Assembly: GCF_026547205.1 (NCBI RefSeq)
Contig: NZ_CP106877.1
Coordinates: 1,056,771-1,080,770, forward strand
Source of the DNA: Fervidibacillus halotolerans
GTDB lineage: Bacteria; Bacillota; Bacilli; Bacillales; Caldibacillaceae
Reading direction: 5' to 3'
DNA: 24,000 bases
Each line of letters starts with the position of its first letter. The first letter of the stretch is position 1. The notes under the pieces are model-generated. The model was not told the DNA's origin, did no database searches, and saw only the letters and a program-made list of their open reading frames with translations. A program made the position numbers and the translations under genes. Positions 7,674-16,734 of the stretch are shown here, in pieces.

Positions 7674-9329
7674 ATGGTAAAAAGCAGATGGAAATATTCT
7701 CAACGATATCATGAAATTTTAAATGTTTTAATGAAAAATGGTTTCGGTTTTTTTATAAAAGATTTAGGTCCCTTCAATTTTCTATCCAAAAAAAATATGC
7801 CCGAATCTTCTGTCCTAACGAAATCGATTAGTGAACGGATTCGATTAAGCTTGGAACAATTAGGACCAACATTTATTAAACTTGGACAATTGGCAAGTAC
7901 CCGTCTAGATTTGATTCCAGCAGATATCGCTGAAGAATTGGCGAAGCTTCAAGACCATGTTTATCCAACGCCGACGGAGGAAGTAATCACGGTGATTGAG
8001 AAGGAACTTGGTCAAAGGGTTGATACATTGTTTTTAGAATTTTCGCCAAAACCCGTTGCATCCGCTTCCATCGGACAAGTTTATCAGGCGAAACTGTTTG
8101 ATGGATCGGATGTGGCGGTAAAAGTTCAAAGACCGAATATTGAAGAAACGATTGAAAAAGATTTATCGATTTTAACCGATTTGGCAAGACTTATGGAGAA
8201 TCGATACGAATGGGCGAGAAATTATCAATTAGTAGATATTGTGGATGAACTGGCGAAATCATTAAAAAATGAATTGGATTATACGATGGAAGGAAAACAT
8301 GCGGAAAAACTAAGACGAAATTTACAATCCTTCGACAACGTTACGATTCCGAAAATCCGTTGGACATATACAACAAAAAAAGTGTTGACGATGGATTTTA
8401 TTCATGCCAAAAAATTTCGTCAGTTTGTAGAGGAAGCCCTAGAAAGCGAAAAAAAATCCATGGCGAACACGTTTATTCGTTCGATGTTCCACCAAATTTT
8501 TTTAGACGGATTTTTCCACGGTGATCCCCATCCCGGAAACTTGTTTATTAAAGATCATAATCATCTAATTTATATCGATTTTGGAATGATCGGTCGAATT
8601 CCTACTTCATTAAAATATGACTTGGCCTCCATGATCATCGCTTTAAAAAATGAACAATTGGAGAAACTAACCTATTTAGTCTTAAAAGTCGGTAAGCCAT
8701 TGCAAACTGTCGACACGATTGAATTGCATTCGGATATTGAGGAGATTATTTTTAAATATATCGATGCCCCTTTAGACAAAATTAGCTTAGGCGAGTTAGT
8801 GAATGATTTATTGTATGTGTCCTTCAAACATAAAATTCGAATGCCCAAAGCATTAACCTTACTCGGCAAAACGTTGATCACGATGGAATGTATTATTTCT
8901 GAATTGGATTCTGATCTTTCTATGATCGATATGGTTGAGCCCTTTGGAAAAGAGCTCATGAAAAATCGGTTAAAACCGAAAAATGTGTTGAACGATATCG
9001 AAGGAAAAATTAGAGACTTTTTTGATATGTTATCCGATACAAAAAAGGCATTAAAATCCCTTTCGAAAAAGGGGAAATTTGAAGTGGAAATGCATGTTCC
9101 GGAAATCGAATCGTTTATCCATAAGCTTGATCGAATTAGTAATCAACTATCCTTTAGTATCGTATTACTCGCCTTTTCCATTTTGATGGCTAGTTTAATC
9201 ATCGGTGCATCCATATCCGGTCAAGGGACTTTTTTATGGGACTTTCCAGTCATTGAAGTAGGGAGTATTGTCGCCACGTTAATGTTTTTATGGCTATTAT
9301 ATGGAATTTTCCGTTCGGGAAGATTTTAA
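7674..9329 (+). CDS. ABC1/UbiB/AarF-family atypical protein kinase with C-terminal transmembrane segments
   Basis: A 551-aa ORF. Motifs seen: GPTFIKLGQ..S.R.D..P, ASASIGQVYQAKL..G..VAVKVQRP, HGDPHPGNLF and IDFGMIG. Two hydrophobic helices lie at the C-terminus. Confidence 0.9.
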   Translation: MVKSRWKYSQRYHEILNVLMKNGFGFFIKDLGPFNFLSKKNMPESSVLTKSISERIRLSLEQLGPTFIKLGQLASTRLDLIPADIAEELAKLQDHVYPTPTEEVITVIEKELGQRVDTLFLEFSPKPVASASIGQVYQAKLFDGSDVAVKVQRPNIEETIEKDLSILTDLARLMENRYEWARNYQLVDIVDELAKSLKNELDYTMEGKHAEKLRRNLQSFDNVTIPKIRWTYTTKKVLTMDFIHAKKFRQFVEEALESEKKSMANTFIRSMFHQIFLDGFFHGDPHPGNLFIKDHNHLIYIDFGMIGRIPTSLKYDLASMIIALKNEQLEKLTYLVLKVGKPLQTVDTIELHSDIEEIIFKYIDAPLDKISLGELVNDLLYVSFKHKIRMPKALTLLGKTLITMECIISELDSDLSMIDMVEPFGKELMKNRLKPKNVLNDIEGKIRDFFDMLSDTKKALKSLSKKGKFEVEMHVPEIESFIHKLDRISNQLSFSIVLLAFSILMASLIIGASISGQGTFLWDFPVIEVGSIVATLMFLWLLYGIFRSGRF

Positions 9330-9338
9330 AGAATTCCT

Positions 9339-10472
9339 TTAAAGGTTCGGATTTTTGAACCTTTTTTTCTCGACAATATGTTTTTCCATATCTCGGAATG
9401 AAATTGTATAACCAATACCGGGATTTTTATTAACGGCAATTTTTCCTTCATGATGGTTGATTTCCGGCTCAATAATATCCGTATCCCAATATCGGTTTGA
9501 TGCTGAAATATCTCCAGGATAGCGGAATTGTTCCAACGAAGCTAAGGCGATATTCATTGCCCGACCAACTCCCGATTCCAACATTCCTCCACACCAAAGG
9601 GGGATACGATTTTCTTTGCTGAATTGATGCATTTCAATCGCTTCTGAAAGACCGCCGATTCTTCCAATTTTTATATTAAAAATCTTTCCACTTCCTAGTT
9701 TCGTCGCTAATTTCAAATCGTCGATCGTCCGAATACTTTCATCTAAACAAATTGGAGTATGTAACTGCTTTTGAAGTTCGGCATGTTCCAAAAACTCCCT
9801 TTCACCAAATGGTTGTTCGATCATTAATAAATGAAAGGTATCGAGTTTCTTTAATGTTTCGATGTCTTTTAATGAATATGCTGAATTTGCATCAACCATT
9901 ATTGGAATTTGTGGAAAAACCTTTCGAACTTCTTTTAACACATCAATATCATAGCCGGGTTTGATTTTCAATTTTATTCGTTTATAGCCTTCTTGCAAAT
10001 AATGTTCGATTTTTTTCAATAAAGTTGTAATCGACGGTTGGATACCTATACTAACTCCAACTTCTACTTCCGTACGCACTCCCCCGATCAATTCCCATAA
10101 GGGCTGATTGAATCGTTTTGCGTATAAGTCCCAATAAGCCCCTTCTAACGCCGATTTTGCCATTGGATTTCCTTTTACAACTTGAAACCTTTTTGCTACT
10201 TCCCGCGGGTGTTGGAATGGATGTTGGAATAGAAGTGGAATTAAAAATACTTCCATCATATGCTCAACGGTTGTTACCGTCTCATCCGTATACCATGGGC
10301 TTATAAAGGCGACGGATTCACCGTAACCTATCGTCTTTTGATCATCGATTATTTCAATAATAAAAAATTCCTTTTCCGTTAATGTACCGAAGCTTGTCGA
10401 AAAGGGATGTTTTAAATTCATGCGCAACCGATATAATCGGACTTCCTCAATTTGTATATAATTGTTCTTCAT
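9339..10472 (-). CDS. menC: o-Succinylbenzoate synthase / N-acylamino-acid racemase (MenC/NSAR subgroup, enolase superfamily)
   Basis: Catalytic motifs seen: KxK (RIKLKIKPG), VDANSAY, MIEQP, CLDES and NIKIGRIGG. The tracked ORF starts at 10499, but the third ATG (10472) is preceded by GGAGGAAAAA and gives the typical MKNNYIQIEEV.. N-terminus. No men genes are adjacent, so OSBS versus NSAR cannot be decided. Confidence 0.85.
   Translation of the reverse strand: MKNNYIQIEEVRLYRLRMNLKHPFSTSFGTLTEKEFFIIEIIDDQKTIGYGESVAFISPWYTDETVTTVEHMMEVFLIPLLFQHPFQHPREVAKRFQVVKGNPMAKSALEGAYWDLYAKRFNQPLWELIGGVRTEVEVGVSIGIQPSITTLLKKIEHYLQEGYKRIKLKIKPGYDIDVLKEVRKVFPQIPIMVDANSAYSLKDIETLKKLDTFHLLMIEQPFGEREFLEHAELQKQLHTPICLDESIRTIDDLKLATKLGSGKIFNIKIGRIGGLSEAIEMHQFSKENRIPLWCGGMLESGVGRAMNIALASLEQFRYPGDISASNRYWDTDIIEPEINHHEGKIAVNKNPGIGYTISFRDMEKHIVEKKRFKNPNL
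9341..9369 (+). terminator. Terminator of the ABC1 kinase gene (overlaps the 3' end of the convergent enolase-superfamily gene)
   Basis: Stem AAAGGTTC (9341-9348) / GAACCTTT (9357-9364), followed by TTTTTCT. Confidence 0.6.
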
Positions 10473-10622
10473 TTTTTCCTCCATAAAAAAATTTTTCATC
10501 TATATCTTACCAGTTTTTTTGCAAACAGACGAAAGATACGGATAGCTCTAGAATTTTTTATTTTTTTGGAGTACAATCGATAGTAATTCAAAATTCTTTA
10601 ACCTCGGAGGGATGAAAGGATT

Positions 10623-12002
10623 ATGGGACAAGCGTTTCAACAATATTTAAAAGATCATCGCAATCAACATCTCGAACAATTGAAAGAGTTTTTAAAAATT
10701 CCAAGTATTAGTTCCCTTTCCGAACATAAGGCAGATGTAAAAAAAGCAGCAGAATGGTTACAACATGAACTTTCTCTGGTCGGAATGGAAAATGTACAGA
10801 TCTTTGAAACGGATGGACATCCGATCGTGTATGCCGATTGGCTCCATGCAGATGAAAAACCAACCGTCCTCATTTACGGACATTATGATGTTCAACCGGT
10901 TGATCCCATCGATTTATGGGAAACTCCTCCCTTTGAACCGTCCATTCGTGATGAAAAGATTTTTGCTCGAGGTGCCAGTGACGATAAAGGACAAGTATTT
11001 ATGCATATTAAAGCAGTTGAAGCCCTTTTTCAAACGATGGGACGTCTTCCAGTGAACATTAAATTGATTATTGAAGGAGAAGAAGAAATCGGAAGTCCCC
11101 ATCTTCCTGGATTTGTGGAGGAATATCGGAACCTTTTAAAAGCCGATTTTCTCGTAATCTCGGATACAGGGATAATTGAAAAAGGAAAACCTTCCATATG
11201 TTACGGATTAAGAGGCCTTTGTGGTTTACAAATCGATGTAAAGGGTGCAAAAACGGATCTCCATTCCGGTCAGTTCGGTGGAGCAGTACAAAATGCTGCC
11301 CATGCCCTCGTAGAGTTGTTAGCATCTTTCCATGATCAGGACGGGAAAGTAACCGTTGAAGGGTTTTATGATAAAGTCTTGCCTTTGACCGAAGAAGAAA
11401 AGAAAGCTTTCCTTGCACTAAACACGGATGAAGAACAAATTCGTGAGGAATTAGGTGTTCCAGAATTATTCGGAGAAAAGGGTTTTAATTTTAATGAGCG
11501 TACATGGGTTCGCCCTACATTAGAAATTAATGGAATGGCAAGTGGATTCCAAGGAGAAGGAATTAAAACCGTACTTCCATCTGAAGCCATGGCGAAAATC
11601 ACTTGCCGACTTGTTCCAGATCAAGATCCGGAGGAAATTTACAATCTTTTAGTCAAACATATTGAAAAACATAAACCGAAGGGCGTAACAGTATCGGTGA
11701 CTCCATTTGATCAAGGTGCACCATTTCTTACTCCTTTCGATCATCCGGCGATCCAAGCTGCCGGTCGAGCTTATGAAAAAGTTTATGGCGTTCCAACTGC
11801 TTTTACAAGAAGTGGCGGTTCCATTCCGATTGTTGCAGATTTCGACCGAATTTTAGGATTGCCCGTCGTTTTGATGGGGTTTGGACTTCCAAATGAAAAT
11901 TTCCATGCACCGAATGAACATTTCCATTTGGAAAACTTTGACAAAGGTATGGAAACAATTTGTCATTATTGGTTAGACATTTCAACCCTTTCCCTTCGTT
12001 AG
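10623..12002 (+). CDS. M20-family dipeptidase / metallo-hydrolase
   Basis: A 459-aa ORF with M20 metal-binding motifs GHYDVQP, GASDDKG and EGEEEIGS, a dimerisation-domain insert, and a GGAGGG SD. Confidence 0.9.
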   Translation: MGQAFQQYLKDHRNQHLEQLKEFLKIPSISSLSEHKADVKKAAEWLQHELSLVGMENVQIFETDGHPIVYADWLHADEKPTVLIYGHYDVQPVDPIDLWETPPFEPSIRDEKIFARGASDDKGQVFMHIKAVEALFQTMGRLPVNIKLIIEGEEEIGSPHLPGFVEEYRNLLKADFLVISDTGIIEKGKPSICYGLRGLCGLQIDVKGAKTDLHSGQFGGAVQNAAHALVELLASFHDQDGKVTVEGFYDKVLPLTEEEKKAFLALNTDEEQIREELGVPELFGEKGFNFNERTWVRPTLEINGMASGFQGEGIKTVLPSEAMAKITCRLVPDQDPEEIYNLLVKHIEKHKPKGVTVSVTPFDQGAPFLTPFDHPAIQAAGRAYEKVYGVPTAFTRSGGSIPIVADFDRILGLPVVLMGFGLPNENFHAPNEHFHLENFDKGMETICHYWLDISTLSLR

Positions 12003-12032
12003 TTTAACTATTTTAATATCCGAGGTGTTAGA

Positions 12033-12911
12033 ATGGAAATTACATGTATTGCGACTGACATGGACGGCACATTACTCAATGAAAATAGGAAAATTAGTGA
12101 AGAAAGTAAGAAAGCAATCTTTTTAGCGAAAGAAGCGGGAATTGATATCGTTATTGCGACGGGTCGTTCCCCAGAATTTGCTCGTGTTCCATTACAAGAA
12201 TCGGGCATCGAATTACCAGTCATTTGTATGAATGGTGCTCAAATCTATTCGGAAAAAATGGAACGTCTTTTTTCTAAACAGTTGGAAACAAAAGAAATTG
12301 AAAAGGTATCCCAAATTTTAACAGAAAAACAAGTGTATTTTGAGTTTTATACGAATCAAGGTCACTATTCTTTCAATCAAGATTTAGCCCTTTTGACTTT
12401 AAAGGAAATGATTGAATTTGAAAAAATTCACTCCTTTGATAAAAATGATATTTTGAAATTAGTAAAGGAACGATTTAAAAAAGGAAATGTAACATTTTTA
12501 AGCGGATTGAATGAGTTATTCCAAGTGCCGAATTTGGAAATCTATAAAATAATTGCCTTTTCCATGGACATGGATCGGTTAAAACAGATCATGGAGTTAT
12601 TGTCTGAAAATGAGAATATTGCCGTCACCTCATCTGGACCCGGTAATATCGAAGTGACCCATGTTCATGCGCAAAAGGGATTAGCGTTGGAATGGTTCGT
12701 ACAGTCAAAAGGCTGTTCTTTGGATGGAACGATGGCGATCGGGGATAGTTTTAATGATCTGTCCATGTTAAAAAGAGTTGCCTATCCGGTCGCTATGGGA
12801 AATGCGCCAGAGGAACTTAAAAAAATCGCCCGTTACATCACAGATACGAATCGTAACGAAGGTTTTGCAAAAGCTGTTTACAAAATTTTAGATGAAAAGT
12901 TAAAACGATAG
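12033..12911 (+). CDS. Cof-type HAD-IIB family hydrolase (sugar-phosphate phosphatase type)
   Basis: A 292-aa ORF. HAD motif I is TDMDGTLLN, motif II is ATGR and motif IV is GDSFNDLSM. It starts 30 nt after the dipeptidase stop, so the two are probably co-transcribed. Confidence 0.9.
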   Translation: MEITCIATDMDGTLLNENRKISEESKKAIFLAKEAGIDIVIATGRSPEFARVPLQESGIELPVICMNGAQIYSEKMERLFSKQLETKEIEKVSQILTEKQVYFEFYTNQGHYSFNQDLALLTLKEMIEFEKIHSFDKNDILKLVKERFKKGNVTFLSGLNELFQVPNLEIYKIIAFSMDMDRLKQIMELLSENENIAVTSSGPGNIEVTHVHAQKGLALEWFVQSKGCSLDGTMAIGDSFNDLSMLKRVAYPVAMGNAPEELKKIARYITDTNRNEGFAKAVYKILDEKLKR

Positions 12912-12921
12912 TCATTAAAAA

Positions 12922-12957
12922 GACGTCTAGCCATTATTGATATTGAGGCTAGACGTC
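12922..12957. terminator. Terminator between convergent HAD hydrolase and thiT genes
   Basis: A perfect 11-bp stem, GACGTCTAGCC (12922-12932) / GGCTAGACGTC (12947-12957). A T-run follows on the minus strand (TTTTTAATGA); the tail on the plus strand is weaker. Confidence 0.7.
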
Positions 12958-12965
12958 GATCTATA

Positions 12966-13538
12966 TTATAATGATTGTTTTATCATTCTCGGTGATGTTG
13001 TTAATAACAATCCAATAATTACAGCACAAAATATGCCCGAACCAATTCCAGATAGACCATTTGTCCAAAAGGAAAAAAAGAATCCTTTTTCCTCTGGTAT
13101 TTTTAAAATATCAACCCAAAAGAAATAGCCTGCAAGAAAATGCCAAAAATATCGGGATAAACTACCGGCTAATATAGCGATCACAGTTATAATTAAACCA
13201 CTCTTCTTATCTGCAATGACTTCTTTTTGAATCCGATTTTTGAATAAACCAGCTACCCCGATAAATGCTAAGGCTATGATATATTCCATGATTACTTGAA
13301 TTGGGTGAAGAATCCAAGCCTCACCGGTGATGATTTGTAAAAGCCCCCAAATCATACCAGCTATTGCACTAGGTATGACTCCCCTACGAAAGGCAAGGAT
13401 AAATATCGGGATCATCGAAAAATTTAAATATACACTAGGTATTGGTTTGATCGATGGAATGAATAGATCGATTACAAATGCCAATGCAGCTAACAAAGCG
13501 ATTTCTACCATCACTTGCAACGATAGTTTTTTTTCCAT
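12966..13538 (-). CDS. thiT: ECF-transporter S component for thiamine (ThiT/YuaJ family)
   Basis: A 190-aa ORF with about six hydrophobic helices, directly downstream of a TPP riboswitch. Its size and N-terminus (LSLQVMVEIALLAALAFVIDL) fit ThiT. Confidence 0.85.
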   Translation of the reverse strand: MEKKLSLQVMVEIALLAALAFVIDLFIPSIKPIPSVYLNFSMIPIFILAFRRGVIPSAIAGMIWGLLQIITGEAWILHPIQVIMEYIIALAFIGVAGLFKNRIQKEVIADKKSGLIITVIAILAGSLSRYFWHFLAGYFFWVDILKIPEEKGFFFSFWTNGLSGIGSGIFCAVIIGLLLTTSPRMIKQSL

Positions 13539-13539
13539 A

Positions 13540-13710
13540 AAAAAACCCCCTATGATTTTATTAAACGTTCCATAGGAGAAGAAGACGGAAAATAGGAAAC
13601 CGTCTTAATCCACAATCCCTACGCTAGCATTAACTAGACCAGGTTCAAAGGGTCTGAACATTTACCTAGAAAGGCCAATGTTCACTCTCAGCGTACAGCT
13701 CCCCCTGTGG
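13540..13710 (-). promoter_or_regulatory. TPP (THI-box) riboswitch with expression platform, controlling thiT
   Basis: The minus strand reads CCACAGGGGGAGC..CGCTGAGAG..ACCCTTTGAACCTGGTCTAGTTAATGCTAGCGTAGGGATTGTGG (13710-13610). It carries the conserved CTGAGA, ACCCTTTGAACCTGATC-like and GCGTAGGGA blocks and a closing P1 helix CCACA/TGTGG. Downstream, CTCCTATG (13578-13571) can pair with CATAGGGG (13554-13547), which contains the SD. Confidence 0.9.
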
Positions 13711-13739
13711 AAACGTTTGATTATTAAATTATTAAATTT

Positions 13740-13767
13740 ATTATAATATAAATAAAGGTAAAATCAA
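13740..13767 (-). promoter_or_regulatory. Sigma-A type promoter of the TPP riboswitch-thiT unit
   Basis: The minus strand reads TTGATT-16 nt-TATAAT, ending about 30 nt upstream of the riboswitch P1. Confidence 0.55.
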
Positions 13768-13787
13768 TACATTTTTTTGAAAATAAT

Positions 13788-13814
13788 GACCAACTCACTG
13801 ATTACGAGTTGGTC
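13788..13814 (-). terminator. Terminator downstream of the TRAP permease gene
   Basis: Stem GACCAACTC (13788-13796) / GAGTTGGTC (13806-13814). On the minus strand it is followed by ATTATTTTC. It lies 39 nt after the stop at 13853. Confidence 0.65.
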
Positions 13815-13852
13815 AAAATCGGTACACACTTGTTTAAAAACGATCTCCTTTT

Positions 13853-15280
13853 TTATTGGGCAGCGGTAAGCCCTGTATCTTTCTGCTCATCTTTCGGTCG
13901 TCGTATTTGAACAATGTAAATGGAAACTAATACGATGAAACCTGCGAGACTCACATAAAGGTTCGGTATAATTAAGGACATGCCACCTGCAAATAATAGC
14001 CATCGTTCCCACCAAAGGGCTTTTCGAGCAAAGTAACCGATCATCGAACTACTGATTCCGACCATTCCAAGTAGTGCCGTTATAACTGAAAGGGTTAATG
14101 AGGAAGATTCGGCACCAATTAAAATTAATTCCGGATGAATGACAAAAATATACGGAATGATATAGGCAGCTGTCGCTAGTTTAAAGGCCGTTAATCCTGT
14201 TTTGAACGGATTAGCACGGGCTAAACCTGCTCCTGCATAGGCTGCAAGGCTGACAGGTGGTGTAATATCAGCAACAATACCAAAGTAGAAAACGAACATA
14301 TGGGCCGCTAATACCGGCACATCCAAACCGAGTACTAAAGCGGGAGCAGCCATGGAAGCTGTCACGATATAATTAGCTGTCGTAGGTAATCCCATACCAA
14401 GGATGAGGCTGGCGACCATCGTAAAAAATAGCGTTGGAATGATCATACCACTACCGAGGGCAATAACCCCATTGGCAATTCGGGAACCTAAACCAGTTTG
14501 GACGACGACACCGACGATAATTCCTGCAGAACCACAGGCGGCAATAACTGGTAAAGCTGTTCGGGCACCTTCTTCAAAGGCTTTAATAAGTTTCTTTGGA
14601 GTAAGTCTCGTTTCCCTTTGAAATAAACCGACTATAAAGGAAACGAGAATGGCAATTAAAGCCGCTCGCATCGGAGTCCTTCCTGATAAAAGGGTATAAA
14701 AGATAACGACCAGTGGCAAAATCAAGTATCCTCTTTTAATTAAAAGCCGTTTTAAACTCGGTAATTCGCTTTTTGGGACTCCAACGATTCCTAACTTTTT
14801 TGATTCGAAATGAACGCCAAGAAAAACGCCTGAAAAATATAACAGAGCGGGAATAATGGCGGCAAGCATAACGAAACTGTATGGAGTTTCGGTATACATG
14901 GCCATAATGAAGGCAGCAGCACCCATGATTGGGGGCATGATTTGTCCTCCGGTAGATGCACTTGCTTCTGTTGCAGCGGCAAATTCCGGCTTATATCCAG
15001 CCTTTTTCATCATCGGAATGGTAAAAGATCCACTTCCTACTGTATTCGCAACAGAGCTTCCAGATACCATTCCTTGCATAAGGCTAGCGACAACCGCTGC
15101 TTTCGCTTGTCCACCGGTGAATCTTCCGGTCAGTGCATAAGCTAAATCATTAAAAAATTGACCGACCCCTGTTTTTATTAAAATAACGCCGAACAAAAGG
15201 AATAAGAAAATAAAGGTTGAGGACACTTGAATGGGGGTACTATATATTCCCTTTGTTGTTAAATGAGTGTTTTGCAAAAT
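13853..15280 (-). pseudogene. TAXI-type TRAP transporter fused permease, C-terminal (DctM-like) fragment, cut off by an IS insertion
   Basis: Tracked ORF 13853..15277 (474 aa) is multi-helix. It carries GVGQFFNDLA, SSVANTV..G.FTIPMMKK.GY and GGQIMPPIMGAAAFIMA, typical of TAXI fused permeases. It has no plausible native start or SD, and the frame stays open upstream into IS sequence. Confidence 0.85.
15273..15280. repeat. Putative 8-bp target-site duplication (TGCAAAAT), copy 1
   Basis: An identical octamer occurs at 16735-16742. Both copies sit in the same codon phase of the interrupted permease frame. Confidence 0.5.
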
Positions 15281-16734
15281 TTGATTTTCTACAAAAAAAG
15301 CGTTTAAAAAATGCTGATTATAATCAGATGTTTTATTACAATAATTTTGATAAAGTTTAGAAAGGGATCAATCCACAAATTTGAGCATACTTACAGAATT
15401 TATGAATTTTTATTATTTTTAAATAGCAATTTGCTTTCTACTTTGCTTGTTCATTGCTAGTGCTGAAGCTATTAACACAATTGCATTTAAATAGATATGG
15501 GTTTTTACTTTTTCAATTCCTCTTATGTGTAAAGAATTTGCGGTTAAATAACTTTTCATTCTTGAATTACAGCGTTCTACACTCGTTCGTTCATTATATA
15601 GTTCTTTCCAACGCTTTGTATCACGATGAGGAATCGAATATCTTCGTAAATCTTTAAGAGTGTTTACTTTTACAACCATCCCATAGTTGGAAGAAGAACA
15701 TGCAGTCATGCCCAAAGGGCAATCAACTTTTCCAGTAGCATGGGGACACCTAAACTTAAGTTGATTCTTTTCGGATCCCCAATAAGTCATATGATATCCC
15801 ATAGAACAACGTGGGGTTCCATTTGAAGCGATTCCTGCTGGAGGTTCTTTTTCATTACGCAAATTCAATGGGATAATTGCTTGTGCCCCAATGTTCTTGG
15901 CGGATTCGTAATTTTTCAGTTGGTCATAGCCTGCATCCATAATCAAATATTCGATTTTCGTTTTTACACATTGGTTGACTTGCTCAATTAATTGTGGGGC
16001 AACATCTCCGTCATTCATATGAGCGGGGGTTACTTCAATTGCCATCGGCAATTCGCTTTTGGTATCAACTGAAAGGTGCATCTTATAACCAAACCAAGTA
16101 ATTTTATTGCCAAATGAATCAAACTTAGCACCCCAATTTGCATTGCCTGTATGCTCACATCTTTTCTTAGGTCGTTTCTTTTCATAAGCATCGATGGCAG
16201 CACTATCAATGGCTTGATGGCTTCCATCGATTATTCCTTCATCTTGAGCAATTGAGACGAGATCATGAAAAATCTGTTTTGCCAGACCTTTTCGAGTTAG
16301 ATCTGAAAACACCCGACTTAGCGTAGAAATAGACGGTGCAGGACGACTAATATCTAATCCACATTGGTATCGAAAGCGCACATCATTTTTTAAACGATTG
16401 TGAAGTTCAGTGAAGGTATCAATTTTTTCTAATGGGGCGGCGATAAGAGCCCTTAATATCCCCTCTCTACAATAGCCTTCAGCCCCTTGGGGTGAAGAAC
16501 TTTTCAATTGTTTAGCATAAGGACGCAAATCTAGAGCACTAAAAAAGATCGGTAATTTCTCTTTTGACTCTAAAATTTGCAATTCTTCAAAGGAAAATAG
16601 ACTTTCTTGTAGAATATACAAAGTGACTTCCTCCTTATGAATTTTGTTTTTGGGTCACTTCAAAATTCTATAAATAAGGGGTGAAGTCCTTTTTTATTTC
16701 GTTAAAAACCTTGTAACTCTTGGGTTAAAAAATC
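15281..16734 (-). mobile_element. Insertion sequence (~1454 bp), IS4/IS5/IS1182-type DDE element inserted in the TRAP permease gene
   Basis: A single transposase ORF is bounded by the two halves of one permease gene and by a TGCAAAAT direct repeat. Only weak terminal inverted repeats are visible: GATTTTCTA at 15283-15291 versus GATTTTTTA on the reverse complement of 16726-16734. The exact ends are therefore provisional. Confidence 0.6.
15419..16621 (-). CDS. DDE transposase (DUF772-like N-terminus plus DDE_Tnp_1-type core; IS4/IS5/IS1182 superfamily)
   Basis: A 400-aa ORF with a TTG start 8 nt after AAGGAGG. The N-terminal G..GY....ILRALI......T..EL...L..DVRFRYQCGL pattern is DUF772-like. 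Catalytic-type segments include HQAIDSAAI and YLIMDAGYD. The C-terminal LYNERTSVERCNSRMK gives Y-2-R-3-E-6-K spacing. A Cys-rich insert (C..G....Y...KFRCPH....DCPL...C) sits before the E. Confidence 0.85.
   Translation of the reverse strand: MYILQESLFSFEELQILESKEKLPIFFSALDLRPYAKQLKSSSPQGAEGYCREGILRALIAAPLEKIDTFTELHNRLKNDVRFRYQCGLDISRPAPSISTLSRVFSDLTRKGLAKQIFHDLVSIAQDEGIIDGSHQAIDSAAIDAYEKKRPKKRCEHTGNANWGAKFDSFGNKITWFGYKMHLSVDTKSELPMAIEVTPAHMNDGDVAPQLIEQVNQCVKTKIEYLIMDAGYDQLKNYESAKNIGAQAIIPLNLRNEKEPPAGIASNGTPRCSMGYHMTYWGSEKNQLKFRCPHATGKVDCPLGMTACSSSNYGMVVKVNTLKDLRRYSIPHRDTKRWKELYNERTSVERCNSRMKSYLTANSLHIRGIEKVKTHIYLNAIVLIASALAMNKQSRKQIAI

Noticed and set aside
14403-15145. Antisense ORFs within the TRAP permease C-terminal fragment (14403..14621, 14856..15140, 14942..15145, 14791..14982)
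   Set aside because: These are shadow frames of a strongly supported membrane-protein ORF.
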